Part shown: in pieces, positions 13,133 through 28,131 of the stretch | How positions within the stretch are numbered: position 1 is the first letter of the stretch | Layout: the number at the start of each line of letters is the position of its first letter | Assembly: GCA_020891255.1 (NCBI GenBank) | Contig: BQFW01000015.1 | Location: 2,046,001 to 2,110,000, forward strand | Length of the DNA: 64,000 nt | Reading direction: 5' to 3' | Origin: Entomortierella parvispora E1425 | Taxonomy: Eukaryota > Fungi > Mortierellomycota | Made by a program: the position numbers and the translations under genes | The notes under the pieces: generated by a model | What the model was told of the DNA's origin: nothing | Database searches by the model: none | The model's input: the letters and a program-made list of their open reading frames with translations, nothing else

Positions 13133-14887
13133 CTTTTTTTTCTTCTTTTTTCTTTTTTGTTGTTTTTGAGAGGATGGAATTAAGTGGAGAGAAGGAAGGT
13201 GAGTGTGAGAGGTAAAGGTAGGAAGGAAGGAAGGAAGACAAAGAAGAACGGTAAGGGAGGAAGGACTCTCTACGAGGAACCAAACAAAAAAAGCGCGACC
13301 TATTTTAGAGTTGTCTTTTTGTTCTCAAGGAAATGCAGAGAATGGGAGCGTGCGCAAATGTGTGAGGTGAATGAGCCAATGAATTAGAATGGAGAAGAGG
13401 GGAATGGACCAGGAATGGAGGAAAAGGTCGTTGAGAAGAAGGAAAAAAAAGAACAGAGCAAGGACGAGGACAAAGGAGCGAGAACAGACCACCCTGGTCC
13501 GTTGGGGAGATGAGGCCAGGCGAGAGTTGAGGAGAGAGAGAAAGAGAGAGGGGTGAGAGCCCAGAGAGAACAAGCAGAGGGAGGGAGAGGCATGTGGCAG
13601 GAAGGCATGCAATTGGGGGACCGAGAGCGATGGAACAGACGACGGAGAGAACGGACTGGAGGAAGAGTGGACGAGGATGGAGAGAGAGAGGACGTACATG
13701 TACGATGGACAGAGTGGATACGCAAACCGGCGGAGAACATGCCACCGAGGCAGGCAGCGAGTCATCTCTTTGTTCCTTTTGACTGCATGTGTTCTTGTTT
13801 TTTTTCTTTCTTTTTGCTCGCAATTAAGGAACAAACAGTTCAGGGCAAGGCTCCTGGTTGCACAACGGCTCTTTTTTTCCTTTCTCTTCTTTATTAGATT
13901 GGTGTGTCTGTTGGTTGTGTTTTTGTTTGTTTGCTAATCCCTCAGTCTCACTGGACAGAAGCAGAATGTCGAGTGCCCTGTTGTCCTTCTTGACGCTTGC
14001 AAACAAGCTGGCTCTTCGTTTATGTTTCATGTGGCCAGCCGCTCTGTCCTTCTTTGCTATGGTGTTTCCTTTGTTTTTCAGTTGTCGGCTCAACTAAAGT
14101 TCACAAAGAACTGTAATCCTGCCTCCTGGCCTCCTGGCCTCGAAGGCGCTCGGTACTGCAACGTATTGAGTTCAGATGGGGGAATGGTATTCAATCCTAT
14201 CTCACATACAGAGCAAGATCTTTGTTCAATTTAAGATGAAGAACCCCAGAAAATAAAAATGAAGAAAGGGTGGAGAGGCCACAAAGTGGAGACCCAAAGT
14301 CAATCAACTATGACAAAATTACAAAAAAGATGGTGGGGATACACAGATTAGAGACGGTGAATGCGGAAAACCTTCGCTCACAAGCAAAAAGAGACTCAAA
14401 AGAACGCGATCCATTGGGAGAACATCTTGAGCAGACGCGTCACAGGTCTAGACTTTTTTTCTGTTGGACGCGATTTTATGAGGCGCTGGTAGAGTTGGCC
14501 ATCTTACAACGTCCTTTCCTTTTCCTTTTCATACAATACCTTCACAGAGTACTTCAGCTTCGTCATTCGACCCTGAACAACATGGTGTACATCAAGAACA
14601 CACCGCCCACCCCCTTTCATCTCATCGGAAGCATGTTCGATCTCTGTACAAAACAAGACTAATTCGTTTTTTTTTTTTTTTTTTTTTTCCATCTGGACTC
14701 AATCTGCTGCAGGGTTCGTCAATTTCAGATCAATTAGACCTAATATCACCGTTGTTGCATGTCGCACGTTGCATGGATTGATGATAGATTTCATTTTATT
14801 TTGTACAATTGTTGTTTCTTTTCATTCTCTCATTCTCCCCTGCCCGTTCATCCCTCTTTCCTTTTTCGCTCTCCTTTTGATTTTTTT

Positions 14888-17800
14888 TTACAACCATTGC
14901 AACCAAGTGCAATCCATCTGAGCGTACTTAAGCGGGTTGGACGCCTGAGAGATCAGATCCAAGATGGTCTGGTTCGCGGGCATGTTGGAGCCTCTGCCCT
15001 TCTCCCGCTCAGCCTTGCACGACAAGATGGACGTGCGCTTCAAAACCTGCTCGACCGTCGAGGTGACGCGTTCACCCAAGTTTTGTTCGTTCAGAGGCTT
15101 CATACCTGCCGTGAACCACGACACGAGTTCGTCCCGGATAAAGATACCCAGGTACTGGTCAAACTCAAACTCGGGCTCCGACAGACAGCAGGCAATCGAC
15201 ATCAGGGCCGAGGTAAAGACGCCCTCGACACCTGTAGGCGTGATAAAGTGCTGAATGTTGGGCGTGAATCGGAAGGGCACTGGCTCCGAGTTGGAGAAGG
15301 TCGTTGTCTGGGGCGAGAAGACTGGAAGCATATCGGACGTCCAAACATTTCCAGTTTGCAACGAGATGAACCACTTTGTAGGGAATCGGTGGCCAATGCT
15401 CATAATATAGGTCAAGAACGTGACCGAGGCCATCTGCGCCGTGAACTGCTTACGGATCATCCACAGGTCCGTGTATGACTTCATATTCCGGGTCATAAAG
15501 TCTGTCAGAATCGTCTCGGGAATCATCTTGGACGCAATCTCGTCCGCAATCTCCATCTTCAGGTTCAACATGTCGGCCTGCTTCTTGATGTCAAGTCCTG
15601 CCTTGACCTTGGCGGTATAGTACATGATAGGGTCGTCCTTGTGGATACCAATCATGTTGCAGTGCTCCTCAAAGATGCTATGCAACGAAGCATACGAGGG
15701 ATCGTCCTGCAAGATACGAATCTGAGGTGCCAAAGGAATAATCAAAGGCAAGTGGAAGAACAAATTGCGTTTGCGGGTTTCCTTCTTGCGTTCCAGAATT
15801 CTGTCAAAGGCAAAGGATGATGGTCAGCACAATACCCAAGACTACAGTAAAAGAAAGAAAAAAAAGTATATAAAAAACCAGACGTACCCGTTCAAAATCC
15901 TGAACAACTGCATCACACGCTCTTCGCGACGACCTTGTCTGGAGGCTGGCTGCTGAACAATGAAGGGATGGATGCTTCCATCGTGTCCACGGATCGTCAA
16001 CCGACGTGTGCAGTTCATTGGTCCTCTCAATAACTCGACCTCGGACTCGAACCGATCAATACGCACAAAGTCGTTGCTGTTATCCTTCAACAGCAAGTAC
16101 TGGCCAGGCACCTCCACATCATCAAACTTCTGGTGCTGGAACTCAGCCAAGTAATGACTCCAGTTCTCGAGCTGCTGTCGACGGGGCTTGCTATCCAGAA
16201 TATCCTCGAATTTGTCTCTCCACTGTTGCAGACGAGTCACAAACTGGCTCAATGTGGGCTTGTTGGCAATAAAGTCGTGCACAAACGCGGCCTTCACTTG
16301 AGGCTGGAACAGGTTCTCAGAGAATCTCGCCAAGTTTGCCTCTGTCACTGCCGACAGTTGTTCGCTCTCGTTATTGAGAATCAATCGCTGGAACAGTTGC
16401 TGCAAAGGCGGATAGAAAGTAACACAATTATTAGCAAAGTATCCAATACAGCCTTTTTTTTTCTTCTTGTCATAAAACCAACCTGGAAGCTGTCCGTCAA
16501 GAGAGCCACAATAAGACGGTACATATCCTCTTCTGGCGAGGGCTTGAGTCTCTGCTGAATTTGATCGACCATGGATTCCATAGACAATGCCAAGAGAGGG
16601 AACGCAGTCTTCAAGATATTCATAATATCGTCCACATGCTCCCAAGGCTTGCGGATCGGTGATACTCCTGGGGTAGTAAGAGCTGCAGCTGGGAACTGAG
16701 TTGTAAGCTGTTGGAGTCGCGCCTGGGCTTGTGCATGAGCCTGAACCTGAGCCTGGAGATTGGCTTGCGCTTGGGAGTGGTTCTGAGCATGGGCTTGCAC
16801 TTGGTTGTGCGCCTGCACTTGTTGCTGCGCCTGAGCTGGGGTCTGAGCTTGGTGCATACTCTGTTGCTGAATGGCTTGCAGATTGGCCTGGGCCTGGGTC
16901 AGGGCTTGGGTGAGCAACTGAAATTGCTGCTGGGCCTGTGTCAAATGCTGTGCAGTAGCTTGCACCTGTGCCTGTGCCTGAATGATCAACTGGTGAGCCT
17001 GCTGCTGCTGCTGTGCTTGCTGTGCCTGCTGCTGCTGTTGGGTCTGAGCTTGCTGCTGAGCCTGCGTCTGCTGTGCTTGCTGCGGCTGGTTCTGCTGTTG
17101 AGCTTGAGCTTGCTGAGTCTGCTGCTGTTGGCCAGAGTTCGAATTGGGCGTTCCGGGCTGAGGCGACTGAGGGACGGTCGCCGTGCTGGCAGCTGGAGTG
17201 GTGGCAGCGGCAGTAGTAGATGGACTTGACTCTCCAACGGCAGCAGGGGCGATAGTCGGGGTAGACGAGGTAGCATTGGCAGCCTGCGCCGTTGGCGTAT
17301 CTCCTGCAGATGCAGGGGTTGAGGCAGGGGCAGATGTGGGAGCGGCAGGCGTGGTTGGTGTAGCGGGGGTGGCTGCAGTGGCGCCTGGGGTGGTAGCAGG
17401 CTGGGCTGTCGTAGGGGTAGTGGTCTGGACAGGGGTAGCTGGCTGTTGGCCCTGTTGTTGCTGGGCCTGTTGCTGGGCCTGTTGCTGCTGTTGGGCCTGT
17501 TGCTGCTGTTGGCCCTTTCTCATGGACGTGTACTCTTCCTTCAGAGTTCGGAGAGAAAAGTGCAGAGCCTGAGGGTACTGCTTGGCAATCTTGAGCAGAA
17601 TGTGGCGAGCATGCTTGGCCTCCTTCAGATGAGTGAGAGAAGAGAGCAGTTGAGGGATGAAGGTGATCCAGTACCAGACTGGGACGTCACCCTTGAAAGC
17701 CTCGAAAGCCCTGTAGACCGTGCCCTGGCTATCATCCTGAGTCATCAGCCACTGAATCCTGACAAGGTACTTTCTGGACTTTGCATTCTTGTAGATACCG

Positions 17801-20800
17801 GCAGCTTGGAGGTAACAACTGACAGCATGACTGGCCAGTGTGATCTCCTTGGGCTTTTCCTTGAACTGCTGGTCATTGTAGTTACCCCAAGCAGCCCAGG
17901 CCTTGGCCAGAGCGAGATCAATCTGGACAGCATTCACGAAAGCCATGTTGGCCTCGTCGTGCAGAGAAAGCTTGGCAAGGAACATACCCTTCATCGTAAA
18001 GAACTCTGCCTTTTGACTGGGACTAAAATACATCAGGTTGGTATTGTTGATGACCTCGAGACCCGTTGTCAACTCGGCTTCGTTCTGGAAATGACATTTG
18101 GCCTGTTCACGCAACTTCAGGAAAGCCTCCTGAATCTCAATGTTGGGAAGAGTATAGATCTTGGTGAGCTGGTTGATGCAGACTTCCGAGAGTTGGTGTT
18201 TCCGTGCCACATGTGCAAATCTGTTGATGATCCAAGCCGTCTCATGGTATCCTCTGTAAGCGAACGAGTTCGAGTTGGAGCTGCCAGCTCCAGGGGTAAC
18301 CGAAGGCAGCTGGTGAATGAGCGGCAAGTACGTCTTGTTGATCGCAGAAAAGATGTGCTGGCGCCAGGCAACCAAGTCACTCCAGACATTGATGTCGTCC
18401 CATGTATTAGGAAGACGTTCACGCCAGGTCAACAGGGTGCGCTTCAACTCTCCAGATTCGTGCTCAAGATTCTGCGCCGTCGTGTTGGCCAAGCTCTGAT
18501 AGATCAAGTTGGCCTCGGTAAGTTCAGCAAACTGCTGGAAGACCTGCAGCAATGGTACGTGAGTCTGAGAGACAATCTCTGGCAGCGTGTGCCAGCGCCA
18601 GAGCGAAAGCTGGACACCCTCATCGCAGAGCTTTGTGAACTCCGATGGGGTGGCGTCCGTGGTCTGGGTATGGGGCTGGTTGGCCTTGATAAGAGCCAGG
18701 AAAGCCTCAAAGACCTTTCGGCGAGGGGTAGGCGCCTCGGGGATAGAATACACAAGCTGCTCCATCATCTCGCGCTCTGCGGTCCAGTCAGACAGTCTCC
18801 AGTTGGATTCGAGCAAGAGCTCAGTGTTGTTTTCGTGCTTGGCTAGATCGCTCAAGATATCCCAACTCTGAAGCTTTTGCGTGCAAGTGATCCAGTGATC
18901 CTCCCATAGAGAGTATTCCGAGTCGGTAAACTGAAGGACACCTGTGCGGGCCTTGTTCACCGCCCCTTCGTACATGATCTGAGCCTGCTGCCACATGCCG
19001 TTCTGTTCATAAGAGATGGCGGAATTTGTCTCAGAGAACAAGCAGCGACGTCTCCAGTGACCATAGAACATGTCCTCCTCTCCAAGAGCGACATACAACT
19101 CCTGAAGTGCATCCAGAGTGCTATTGCGAAGCTTTTCTTCGTCCTTGATCACCCCAGAGTCGTTGGGCTTGATATCGGGGATCGAGTTCTGAAGCAAATT
19201 GGTAGCAATATGCCATGCGCAGAATCTCTTGCCGAGATACTTGACGAGATGAGGCGGCAATCGGATGGAAGGTGAGCATCGAGAAATACCCTCCAAAAGG
19301 GCCTGGATCACATTGGGACGAGCATCCATCTGCTTGTTGTGATATTCCTTGGCCAAGAGTGGGATGAGGATCCTTGTCAGCTCTTGTTTCTCCTTCACCG
19401 ACGTCGCAGACCAATACAATGGGAAAAGATCTGTCCAAAGGCGATGAGTGACATTCACATCCAGGTGCTGCAGCTGCTTCAATGGCAGGATCACGTCGCT
19501 GGTGCTAAGCTGGTTGATCTGGGCCAAGAACTGTCGATGCTTGGTGAGGAAGTCCATAAACTCTGGCGTAGGGGTGACAGATCCTTCCTCCTCCTTTTCC
19601 TTTTTATCTGCAACGGCGGTTCCGACGCGCTGGATAGGCTTGGTCTGAAGTCCATCTGAAGACAGAGGAAGCGTCCTTGGCTTGATCACTACTCCAAACA
19701 GAATATCCAGCGCTTGCTGGAGCCAGCATTGTCCACCGAGGTACTCCCAAGACTGTCCTCCAATGACATATGTCAGGCGAGTGTAGAGAGAGCGACCGAT
19801 GCTACGGTCAAAGATCTCTGCAAACTGGTTTCGGATCCTGGGGTTGTCGCTTCTGGTGCCCATCAAGAAGGCCTGCTCGAGGCGCACAGTCAACTCGGAC
19901 CGAGCAAAGCTGGGGTCGTTGTAAATAGTCACAACCAGGTCCAAAAAGTCCTCCACGAGCTTCTTGTCTCCCCGGGTCTCCAAGCACATCATCTTGACCA
20001 TCAAGCTGGCCTTCTCCTTGATCGTAGGGAAAGTTTCAGTCTTGCCTGTGACCCACTCTGTAGCCATATCCAAGATGGCTCTGGACAGGTCCACATCTGT
20101 CGACTTCTCAATAAGCTGAATCAAGGACGTAAGGTACCAGCGACGTTGATCTCCAAGGTGGGATATCCTCAATTTGATGAGACGCAAGGCCATGATGAGC
20201 AAGTTGCTAGGCGAGTCTGGGCCAGAGGGCTGCCCTTGTCCCGCCTGAACGGGAGAAACGTGATCCTTGGCAAGCTTACTAATAACCTTCATCATTCCAG
20301 GTACAAGAGCGTCAATTGCATCCTGACGGTACTGACAAGACGACTGGATCAACGTGAGGACCGAGAACAAATTGGTCAAGTTCTGCAGCCCGTCCTGAAT
20401 AATGGCATCAACAGATGCGATAAACGAAGTAACGTCGGCGGACATTGGGACGGAGGCCGAAGTCGATCCAGAGATATGCTTGTAGATCAGGTCCATAATG
20501 GGCTGCAAATTGTTGACGATACGGGGGTTCTCTGACAACAAACATTTTTCCAACAAGCGGTACAGCTGAGAAATGTTGGTCAAGAACCATGGTCCGGGCT
20601 TGTTCTCCAAAAGAACTAGGAGAACCTCAAGAGAATTGCAGGTCACCACCAAGTTCATATCCGTGAGCTCTGGGGGCAACAACGTTCTCTCAAAGAATTG
20701 AAGCTTGATGTTCACCTCGGGCCAGAACTCTGCACTCAAAAACTCTTTCAACAGCTCGACTGCTCGGTAAGGCAAGCCTTTCTTTTGCAGGGGCTCGGGG

Positions 20801-23800
20801 AATGCACAGGCAAATCGAACAAGGAAGCTCGAGACGTTTTCACGAAGCCCAAGGTTGGGTGTGTAAGATTCACCAGTGGTAGGGGTCGCTACTGTCGTCG
20901 AGTTCTCTCCGTTCGCAGGTACGTCCACATCCATCGCAGACTTTGACTCTGAGATTCTACGACGCTCCCACTTGAGGATCAGCTCTGCAAGGTTGATAGT
21001 CAACGCTCTGCTCTCGACACCGGCATTCTGGACCAATCCAAGCTTGGACAAGGTCGTAACGATCTGAGGAAGGAAATGCTCGCGACTTTCGTAGAACAGG
21101 TCGGGGTGGCGCACGAGCAATTGGTAAACGTTGACCAGTTGAGATCCGCTGTGACCATCCTCAACAAGGACACGCTGGGTCCAGCGAGCCCAAGTTGGGT
21201 TCTTGGGAGAATCTGCAGTCATGACAATACGCTTAGGCAAAACAGGCGCAACAATGTCCAGAGCCTGCTTCACAAGCGCTCTAGCCTCAGACTGGTGGGC
21301 TCGAAGCAAGGCCACGTAAATCTGAATAATAATCTTGCTGGGAGTGTCGTATGCCGCAATAAAGCGGGCAATCAAGACATAGGCTGCTTGCTTTCCAGTG
21401 ATGTCGTCAATCTTGAGATAATTCCATCCAAAGATGATAATGTCCTTCCGGGCGTCCGCAATCAAATCCGAGGCAAACTGCAAGATCAACGAGGTCATTT
21501 GCAGTAGCTCAATCTTCAAGGCATCGTCCGAGTATTGGTTGTCGTCAGGATTGTCGTTCAACAGGGGCTGCCAGATCTTGGAGTGAATTTCGGAAATCAT
21601 GGCATGGTCAATGACTGCTTGGTAGTCGGAAGGACCTCGGGTAAACGCCACCAAGAGCATGGGGTTGATGATGACCCGAAGTGCTTGCATCTTGACTCCT
21701 TGTGAAACCTCTCTGTCCTGGAAGAGGACCAAAAAGTGTTCCAAAATCGCACGCTTACGCGCAGCTGGAGCCTTGATAGCGACCTCCTCGATGTAAAAGA
21801 GCTTCAAGAAACTAAAGTCGATGACAGTCTCCTGAGTGAAAATGCTGACCATCTCAAACATGACCTCGACATCGTCCTGATTATGGCTGAGATAGAGAAT
21901 AAAAGCCTCCACCAGGTATTGCGACTCGCGCAGTCTTGCAAGTGACAAAGTATCCTCCTCCTTCAAACGCTCCAATCGACCAGGTGCACGCCACATCGTC
22001 AAAAGTGCATCGAGAACAGGTCGGTTGGTGGAAATAAAGTCGGGGTTGAACTTGCAGATAGCACGAGTGATGTTAAGGCCATGGAACTGAACGGCGGCAT
22101 CCGAATCACCAAATGTTTTTGTGATGAGCTTCTCGGGGTTGCGGGTAATCTCTGCACGCAATGGGGCTGCAAATTCCGTGGACAAAAGGTCGACGAACAG
22201 GTGACTATGCTTTTCCTGGGTCAATCGATCGAGGAAGTAATCCACAGATTCGTCGCTGTATCTGTTCAAGAACTTGAGCAGTGATTGGCGGAAAGGACTC
22301 GACATGGACCGACGGAGGTGACCCTCCATGTCCAAAACAACAGTGACCAGTTCATCCAAAAAGATGTTGGCAGCTTGAGGGAGGAGGCAAAAGACGTTGA
22401 GGATCCCGACAATAATGCGAATCTCCAAATTTTCGCTCAGAGGCTTGCCAGCACATTCTTGAAGCATGGAAGGCTCCGCCCACTGTCGAAGGTGATCCAG
22501 TAGCTTCTTTCCGATTTCCACCTTGAAATAGTTGGTCAAGAGCTCCAAGAGTCTGGCCAATCCCTCAAGACCGGCAACAGTCAAACGCTTGTAATCCGAC
22601 AAGTTCATCAAAATGGGTCGCAGACCAGCCTGAAGAAGATCTCGGGGCAATTTGTGCTGTTGGGCCAAGACCTGCTTCAAACCCTTGTTCGCAACTTCGA
22701 CTACCTCCGAAGACTTGCTGTAGAGGGATTTGAAGAAGACCGAGATAATACGCTGGCGCGTCGTGCTTTGCTTTGGCGAGCAGAAATCGTTGCAAGCCAT
22801 AGCGGCTGAGAGGAGCTTGATACACACGATACGCAAGTTGACGAGCGAGGAGGCATTCTTGTATTGTGATGTCCTGGGAACCAGCGCTTGATCCTCGGCA
22901 TCAGCGAGTGCGAGGGCTTCGTGCAACAGTCTGACCAACTCATCGTTAAACTCCAGGAAAGGTGGACGAAGAGAGAGACAAAACGTAATGGCATCAATAT
23001 GTCCAATCTGCATAGCAAATGGAAGTGCACGCAGGGGCTTGGCGAAAATAGGTGACAAGAGGCGATCACGAACTGGCGCCAGGAGCTCCGTAACATCACT
23101 TCCTGTCAAATCTGCCAGCAATTGGAAGGAGGACTGAATCGTTTCGCGGACTGAGCTGTTGGAGTTGGAAAGCTCGGAAATCAAAAGTCCAATGAGGTTG
23201 TTAAACTTGGCCTGACGATCTGTGGACTCTGTGTTGTCCTTGTCCTCTGGCCTATTGCAAACCTTGAGGACATGAGAAAGCGTCTGAGTAGCATCCTCGA
23301 CGTTGCCGGTGGCCATCTCTGGTGACATATCCTTGAGAATATAGAGCAATGCTTTCACAAACTCGAGCTCATGGTCCAACATCCACTTGGCTCCCATATC
23401 CAGTTGCGAGCACATGATTGAGATTCCAAAGCAACCGCCACTCTTGCGGTACCATTCCTGCTTGTAACAACTTGAAGAGAATCGGGTGGCGAACAAATGG
23501 AAGACAGGGAGCTGGAAGAGGACCTCCTTGCTAGACGTAATGGTGGTGCAGGTCTCATGGAGCAGCTGCAAAGAGGTCTCGGCCAACTTTCTAAGGGCTA
23601 CATTCTCCGAGGTCATAATATCAACCACGGCATCCACAAAGACATTGCTATCCAGGTGGAGTTGACCCTTGATATGATGAACATCAAAAGTCATAGCCTT
23701 AGATTCCTTAAAGTCTAATGCCTCTCCAACCTGGAGAAGCGCAAAGTGATGGATGAGACCTTGAAGGAATGGCCAAGCATCTTCCTTGAGCTCATCGATG

Positions 23801-26800
23801 GACGCAGCCATGAACAATGATCGCAAAATCAAGTTCAATGCACGCTCTTGAGCAATCTTCTTTCCAACAGGGGCCGACTTCAAAGCCTGTGATCTCTTGC
23901 TGTCAAACTTTCCAAGATTTCCGTGGTCCGTATCGATATCCATGGCATTCGTGACGATACTGAGACGTGATGTGGGTTCCGTGGACGTGAGAATAGCAAT
24001 TCGACTTTGGACAAGTTCCGCGAGGTTTTCTGGTCCCAGGGAGGTGTCGACCAAAAGTGGAACGCAGCCCTTCAAGAACTTGTAAGCATGCTCCCGATAA
24101 AAGATATTGACATTTGGATCTTCCAGCGTCTGTGCAGCGAGGGCCAAGGTAGCATCCAAGGGGAGAGCGTGGGGCTTCAAAGTTGGGTCAAAGTAAATCT
24201 TGATATCGACACCGACGTCGGCGGGAGTATGATGCTGGAGCTTGGGAGGGTATTTGAGCATCCTGCGATTTCTTCCACCGAGCTTTCCGAGGATTCTCAT
24301 AGCGGCATGACTGTGAACGGGGCTGTAGGGGAGGGGCTTGAGATGTTTCCAAAGCGCGTTCATGAGCTCCGTGATCACTGGTGCCATGATAGGATCCAAG
24401 AATTCCTGTGTAAGATTGTCGATGCAGAGTTCAAGCGTCCTGAGACCCTGACTAACGAGCTCAGGGCTCGCTTGAAGTGCCAATACAAGTGGGTTCATGA
24501 GGTAGTTCAGGTATGGTAGAAGAACGCTCAATCGGACAGGTACAGTAAGACAAAGCTCCACGAATAGCTCCCGCATATACTGCTTGTTGGCGAGAGCCAG
24601 GAGACTGTTCAAGCCTTCGAGAAGAACCTGAAGCAAGGGCTTGACCTCGTGATATAAGAGCTCAAACCGACCGCCTCCGATACTTCTGAAGAGGGAACGC
24701 AAAAGCACGAAGTAGTTGACGGGCTCTTTCGCCTTTGACGAGAGCTTGATGGAATTCATAATGATGTTGCCGAGGTGAGGTTGGAGGACTGCCTCATTCT
24801 GATCCGGGAAGAGAGTGACTGCCATGAAAGCCAACTTGAAGAGTCGAAGGATAACAGATGAATAGTTTTGGTCTTCGCCTCCAAGCTTGTCCAAACGGTC
24901 CACCAAAAATCTAAAGAGAATTCCTGCAAAGTTCTGCGACACATTCTCGTTGGCAAGGAAAAACTGTGGAATCTGGAGCAGCGATATGTTGAGAAGTGTT
25001 TGATCGAACAGGAATCCCATTTGAGAAGTGAAGACCTCCTGGAAGATTGCTGGGTCCGCGATGGTAAAGACGAGTGCAAAATGTTCCAGTGTCTCTTTTT
25101 CTTCCTTAGATGTTGGCCCGAGTCGGCCTGTAGGTGTTGCATCCAAATTAGATTTGTCGACAGGAGGCTTCGGTGGTGGTGGTGTTGAATTATCTGCCCC
25201 GTCGAGGGTGTAGTAATCGAAGCATTTCAAGCCCTCCTGAAAAAGTCGGGTGAAGATTTCTGCCTGCTCCTGGATATATTGGTGCGCTACAGGGTTTGGC
25301 TGGCCCAGTATAATCGGCTCGTTCAAATTCTTCAAATTGATCAAGATTGTCTTTAGTCCTGCAACCAAATTCTTGAAAAGGAAACGGCCATCTAAAGGGA
25401 TAAGATGAGAACGTTAACACTGACGTCCATCAGGTTTAAACTTGAGTAAACAGAGTACTAGAAAAGAGATATGCATACCTTTAGCAGGATCAACCTGGAT
25501 GTCTGTTGAACTTGAAGCTGTGTGGATGGATTTTGCTTTTTCAAAATCAAAGTCATCATCCGCAGTCTCCTCTCCCAATTTCTTTCTCTCGGCCTGCTTC
25601 AAAATGCTGGGAAAGGCGAGGTTCAGAGCTGCGAACTTGTTGGTGAAGGTGTCCAGAATCTTGATCAGGAGGATTTTGCCTACAGGGATCAAAATGAGTT
25701 AGTATTCCTACAAATACTGTACATACCAAGAGACATTTTGCTGAAAAAATAAGCTGTAGTACCTTCGCCATTTGGAATGCGAACAATGCAGTCTACCAGG
25801 TTGAGCAACAATTTGGCACACATGGTCTGAATGCTTGAGGCGAGACTCTGGTCGTGGAGATTCCGTGAGTAGATGTAAACTGTCTTTGCTAGTTGCGCTG
25901 GGGTCAGCTCTGCCCGCACATGATGCACGAGGTCAGCCAACATGCTGTATGCCAGAGGTCGGAGAGTCTCGTGAGACGTTACTCCAGTTCCAACCAAGAC
26001 TTTTTCGTTGAGCAAGATGTCGATCTTTGGTACAAAAGCCTGTCTAAAGTCGATAGAAAGAATGTGACGCGTGGCGACCAAAAGCTCCTATTGATTACAA
26101 AAGTTGAACGAAGGGTCAGAACTCGTCCGAGATGTGCCCACGTTGTTCCAATGGATCTTACGTCCCAGTAAGCCTACCTTTCTAGTTGCTGCAGCCTCTG
26201 GTGGACAGTCGCGCAAAAGACGAATAACAAAGTCTGGGATCGCGTTTTGGTGTGGCCGCAAAACGTTTGCAGATCCACGAAGGATATATGCAAGGAATGA
26301 CATTGTCTATTAAAAAATACCGGTGAGTTCAGTTGAATCACATTGAGCAGACGAGCAGAATGAAGTATATCCATACCTTGACTTGTGCGACAATAAATTC
26401 CGTGTAGACTGTCCTGTTCCTAATAGCAGGGCTAACTCCCACAAAGACTTCACCACGCGCACTAGCAAGGCGCTGCGCCTCCGCCTGTTGGCTTGCCTGC
26501 AGTCCCAAGGTCTAGAAAAAAAAAAGAACGTGTAAATAATTGTTAGTTTTTGATTCTTGTCCATGAGAAAATTGACTTTACAAAGTGCATCATCCTTTAC
26601 ACACCTGGATGATCAGAGGAACAAATGTGGCAATATTGGGGTTCACAAACTGGCGATGCGTTTGGAAGAGCAATACGACAATGATCGGACACTCTGTGAG
26701 AACTTTGAAACTGAATAAACTCTTTGCCAGGATCTTGGAAGGCTGGTCTGACAACTCGGATGCTGGTGATACAGGCCTAGGCGATGTGAAAGCTAGTGGT

Positions 26801-27605
26801 CCTCCAGGCTGAAGAGAAGAAACAAAGAGGCGTGTTAGAGCCACGCGTCGAAATGAACAATCCATCCTGTAAAAACAGCCACGATTCCCTTACAGTAGCT
26901 CCAAGAGGCGTTCCTGGGTTATCAAACTGGTCCTTGACTGTCTGCTCCATGTTGCGGTACATTTCCTGTACAATGTCAATGAATGGCTGGACTTGGCTTT
27001 CCAAAATTTGTTTGTAGGATCGGTGCAAGTCAATGATTGTCTTTAAGCAGGTAACCGCGTTGTCCTCGTTTTCGACTCGAAGAAGGTGCATCAAAAGCTT
27101 CAACAACTCTGGCGCATATGCACGGAAAGAGTCGTTGTGTGGAAAACGGTGCAAGATCTCCAGAATTGTGCTTCGCAGTTTCTAAAGGTGTAGTCAAAAA
27201 GATCAGACTGAGGATTCGAGCAGATTGTATTATGCCTTGGCGTTACAGCACAGTCAACAAACCTGTTCTGGGGCATTGCTTGCAAATACGGGCTGACCAT
27301 TCATAAGGATGTCTGAAAACACGGGCATCAAGATGGAGAGAAAGCGTGCATACTCGACAGACTGAAAGATTTCCACCGAGTCCCTAAGCTCGGAGGCTAT
27401 CTTGACCTTCAGTTTGACATCTATTTGCAATTGAAGAGAAAGGACAGTTAGAATTTGATCTGCTTTGCTTTGACCGCTTCAAAGTTCAACAAAACTCTTT
27501 AGGTAGACGATTGATCCTGAGATACGATCCAGCCTTCTTACCGAGAGCAGGGTCCGACAAACGCGTTGCGAATACCTCGCAGTTCACAACCGCTGTCACG
27601 ACCAT
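14888..27605 (-). CDS. TRA1: Transcription-associated protein Tra1/TRRAP (SAGA and NuA4 PIKK pseudokinase), multi-exon
   Basis: HEAT region ([26 protein letters not shown]), FAT domain ([39 protein letters not shown]), pseudokinase ([23 protein letters not shown]) and FATC-like end ([10 protein letters not shown]). Start [10 protein letters not shown] at 27605. Confidence 0.97.
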
Positions 27606-28131
27606 GATGGACAGTTATAATACTACAGTAGAGTGAGAGGCACCAAAAACCGGTCAGTATACAGCGATTATGGCGACAATCATCGACGGATCGCAATTCC
27701 GTTCAGTTGAACAGGGATTGTACCTCTTTCGAGTCTGAAAGTAAAGTGTGGCGACTATGAACGGGAAGGATCGACCACCAAGCAGCTCACTTGACAATCG
27801 ATTGGAATAGCTGTGCAGGTCTTCTCCTCAAGAGCTGGCGATACGAAGTGGGGAATGCAGCAAGGACGGGATATCTTTGAATTCTTTTGTTAGTCCGTCC
27901 TGTTGTTCCTGCGATCGCTCGTCCGGGCAGCAAGTGAATGAATCAAGTGAAAGGGGGGGGTGGGGTGGGAATACGGATGAGAATGAGGCTGGGTGGATGG
28001 GGAGGGAGGGAGGGAGGGAGGGAGATGCCAAGAAGAGGACGATGCCCTGGGGAGCAGGAGAAGGCAAAGGGCAGAAGGGACGATGGCAAAGGTGAGGAGA
28101 GAGAGAGAGAGAGAGAAAGAGAGACGAGAGA

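Noticed and set aside
13950-14760. Possible small gene or pseudogene between the monooxygenase and TRA1 (ORFs 14270-14662 +, 13824-14093 -, and an exon-like 14555-14655 on minus)
   Set aside because: One acceptor/donor pair looks real, but there is no convincing start exon or recognisable protein; it may be TRA1 3' UTR or chance.
16711-18846. Long plus-strand ORFs antisense to TRA1 (16711-17229, 17446-18846) and similar shadows over AAC, LRR and VPS13
   Set aside because: Antisense mirror frames arising from codon bias and CAG/GCN repeats; no independent protein features.
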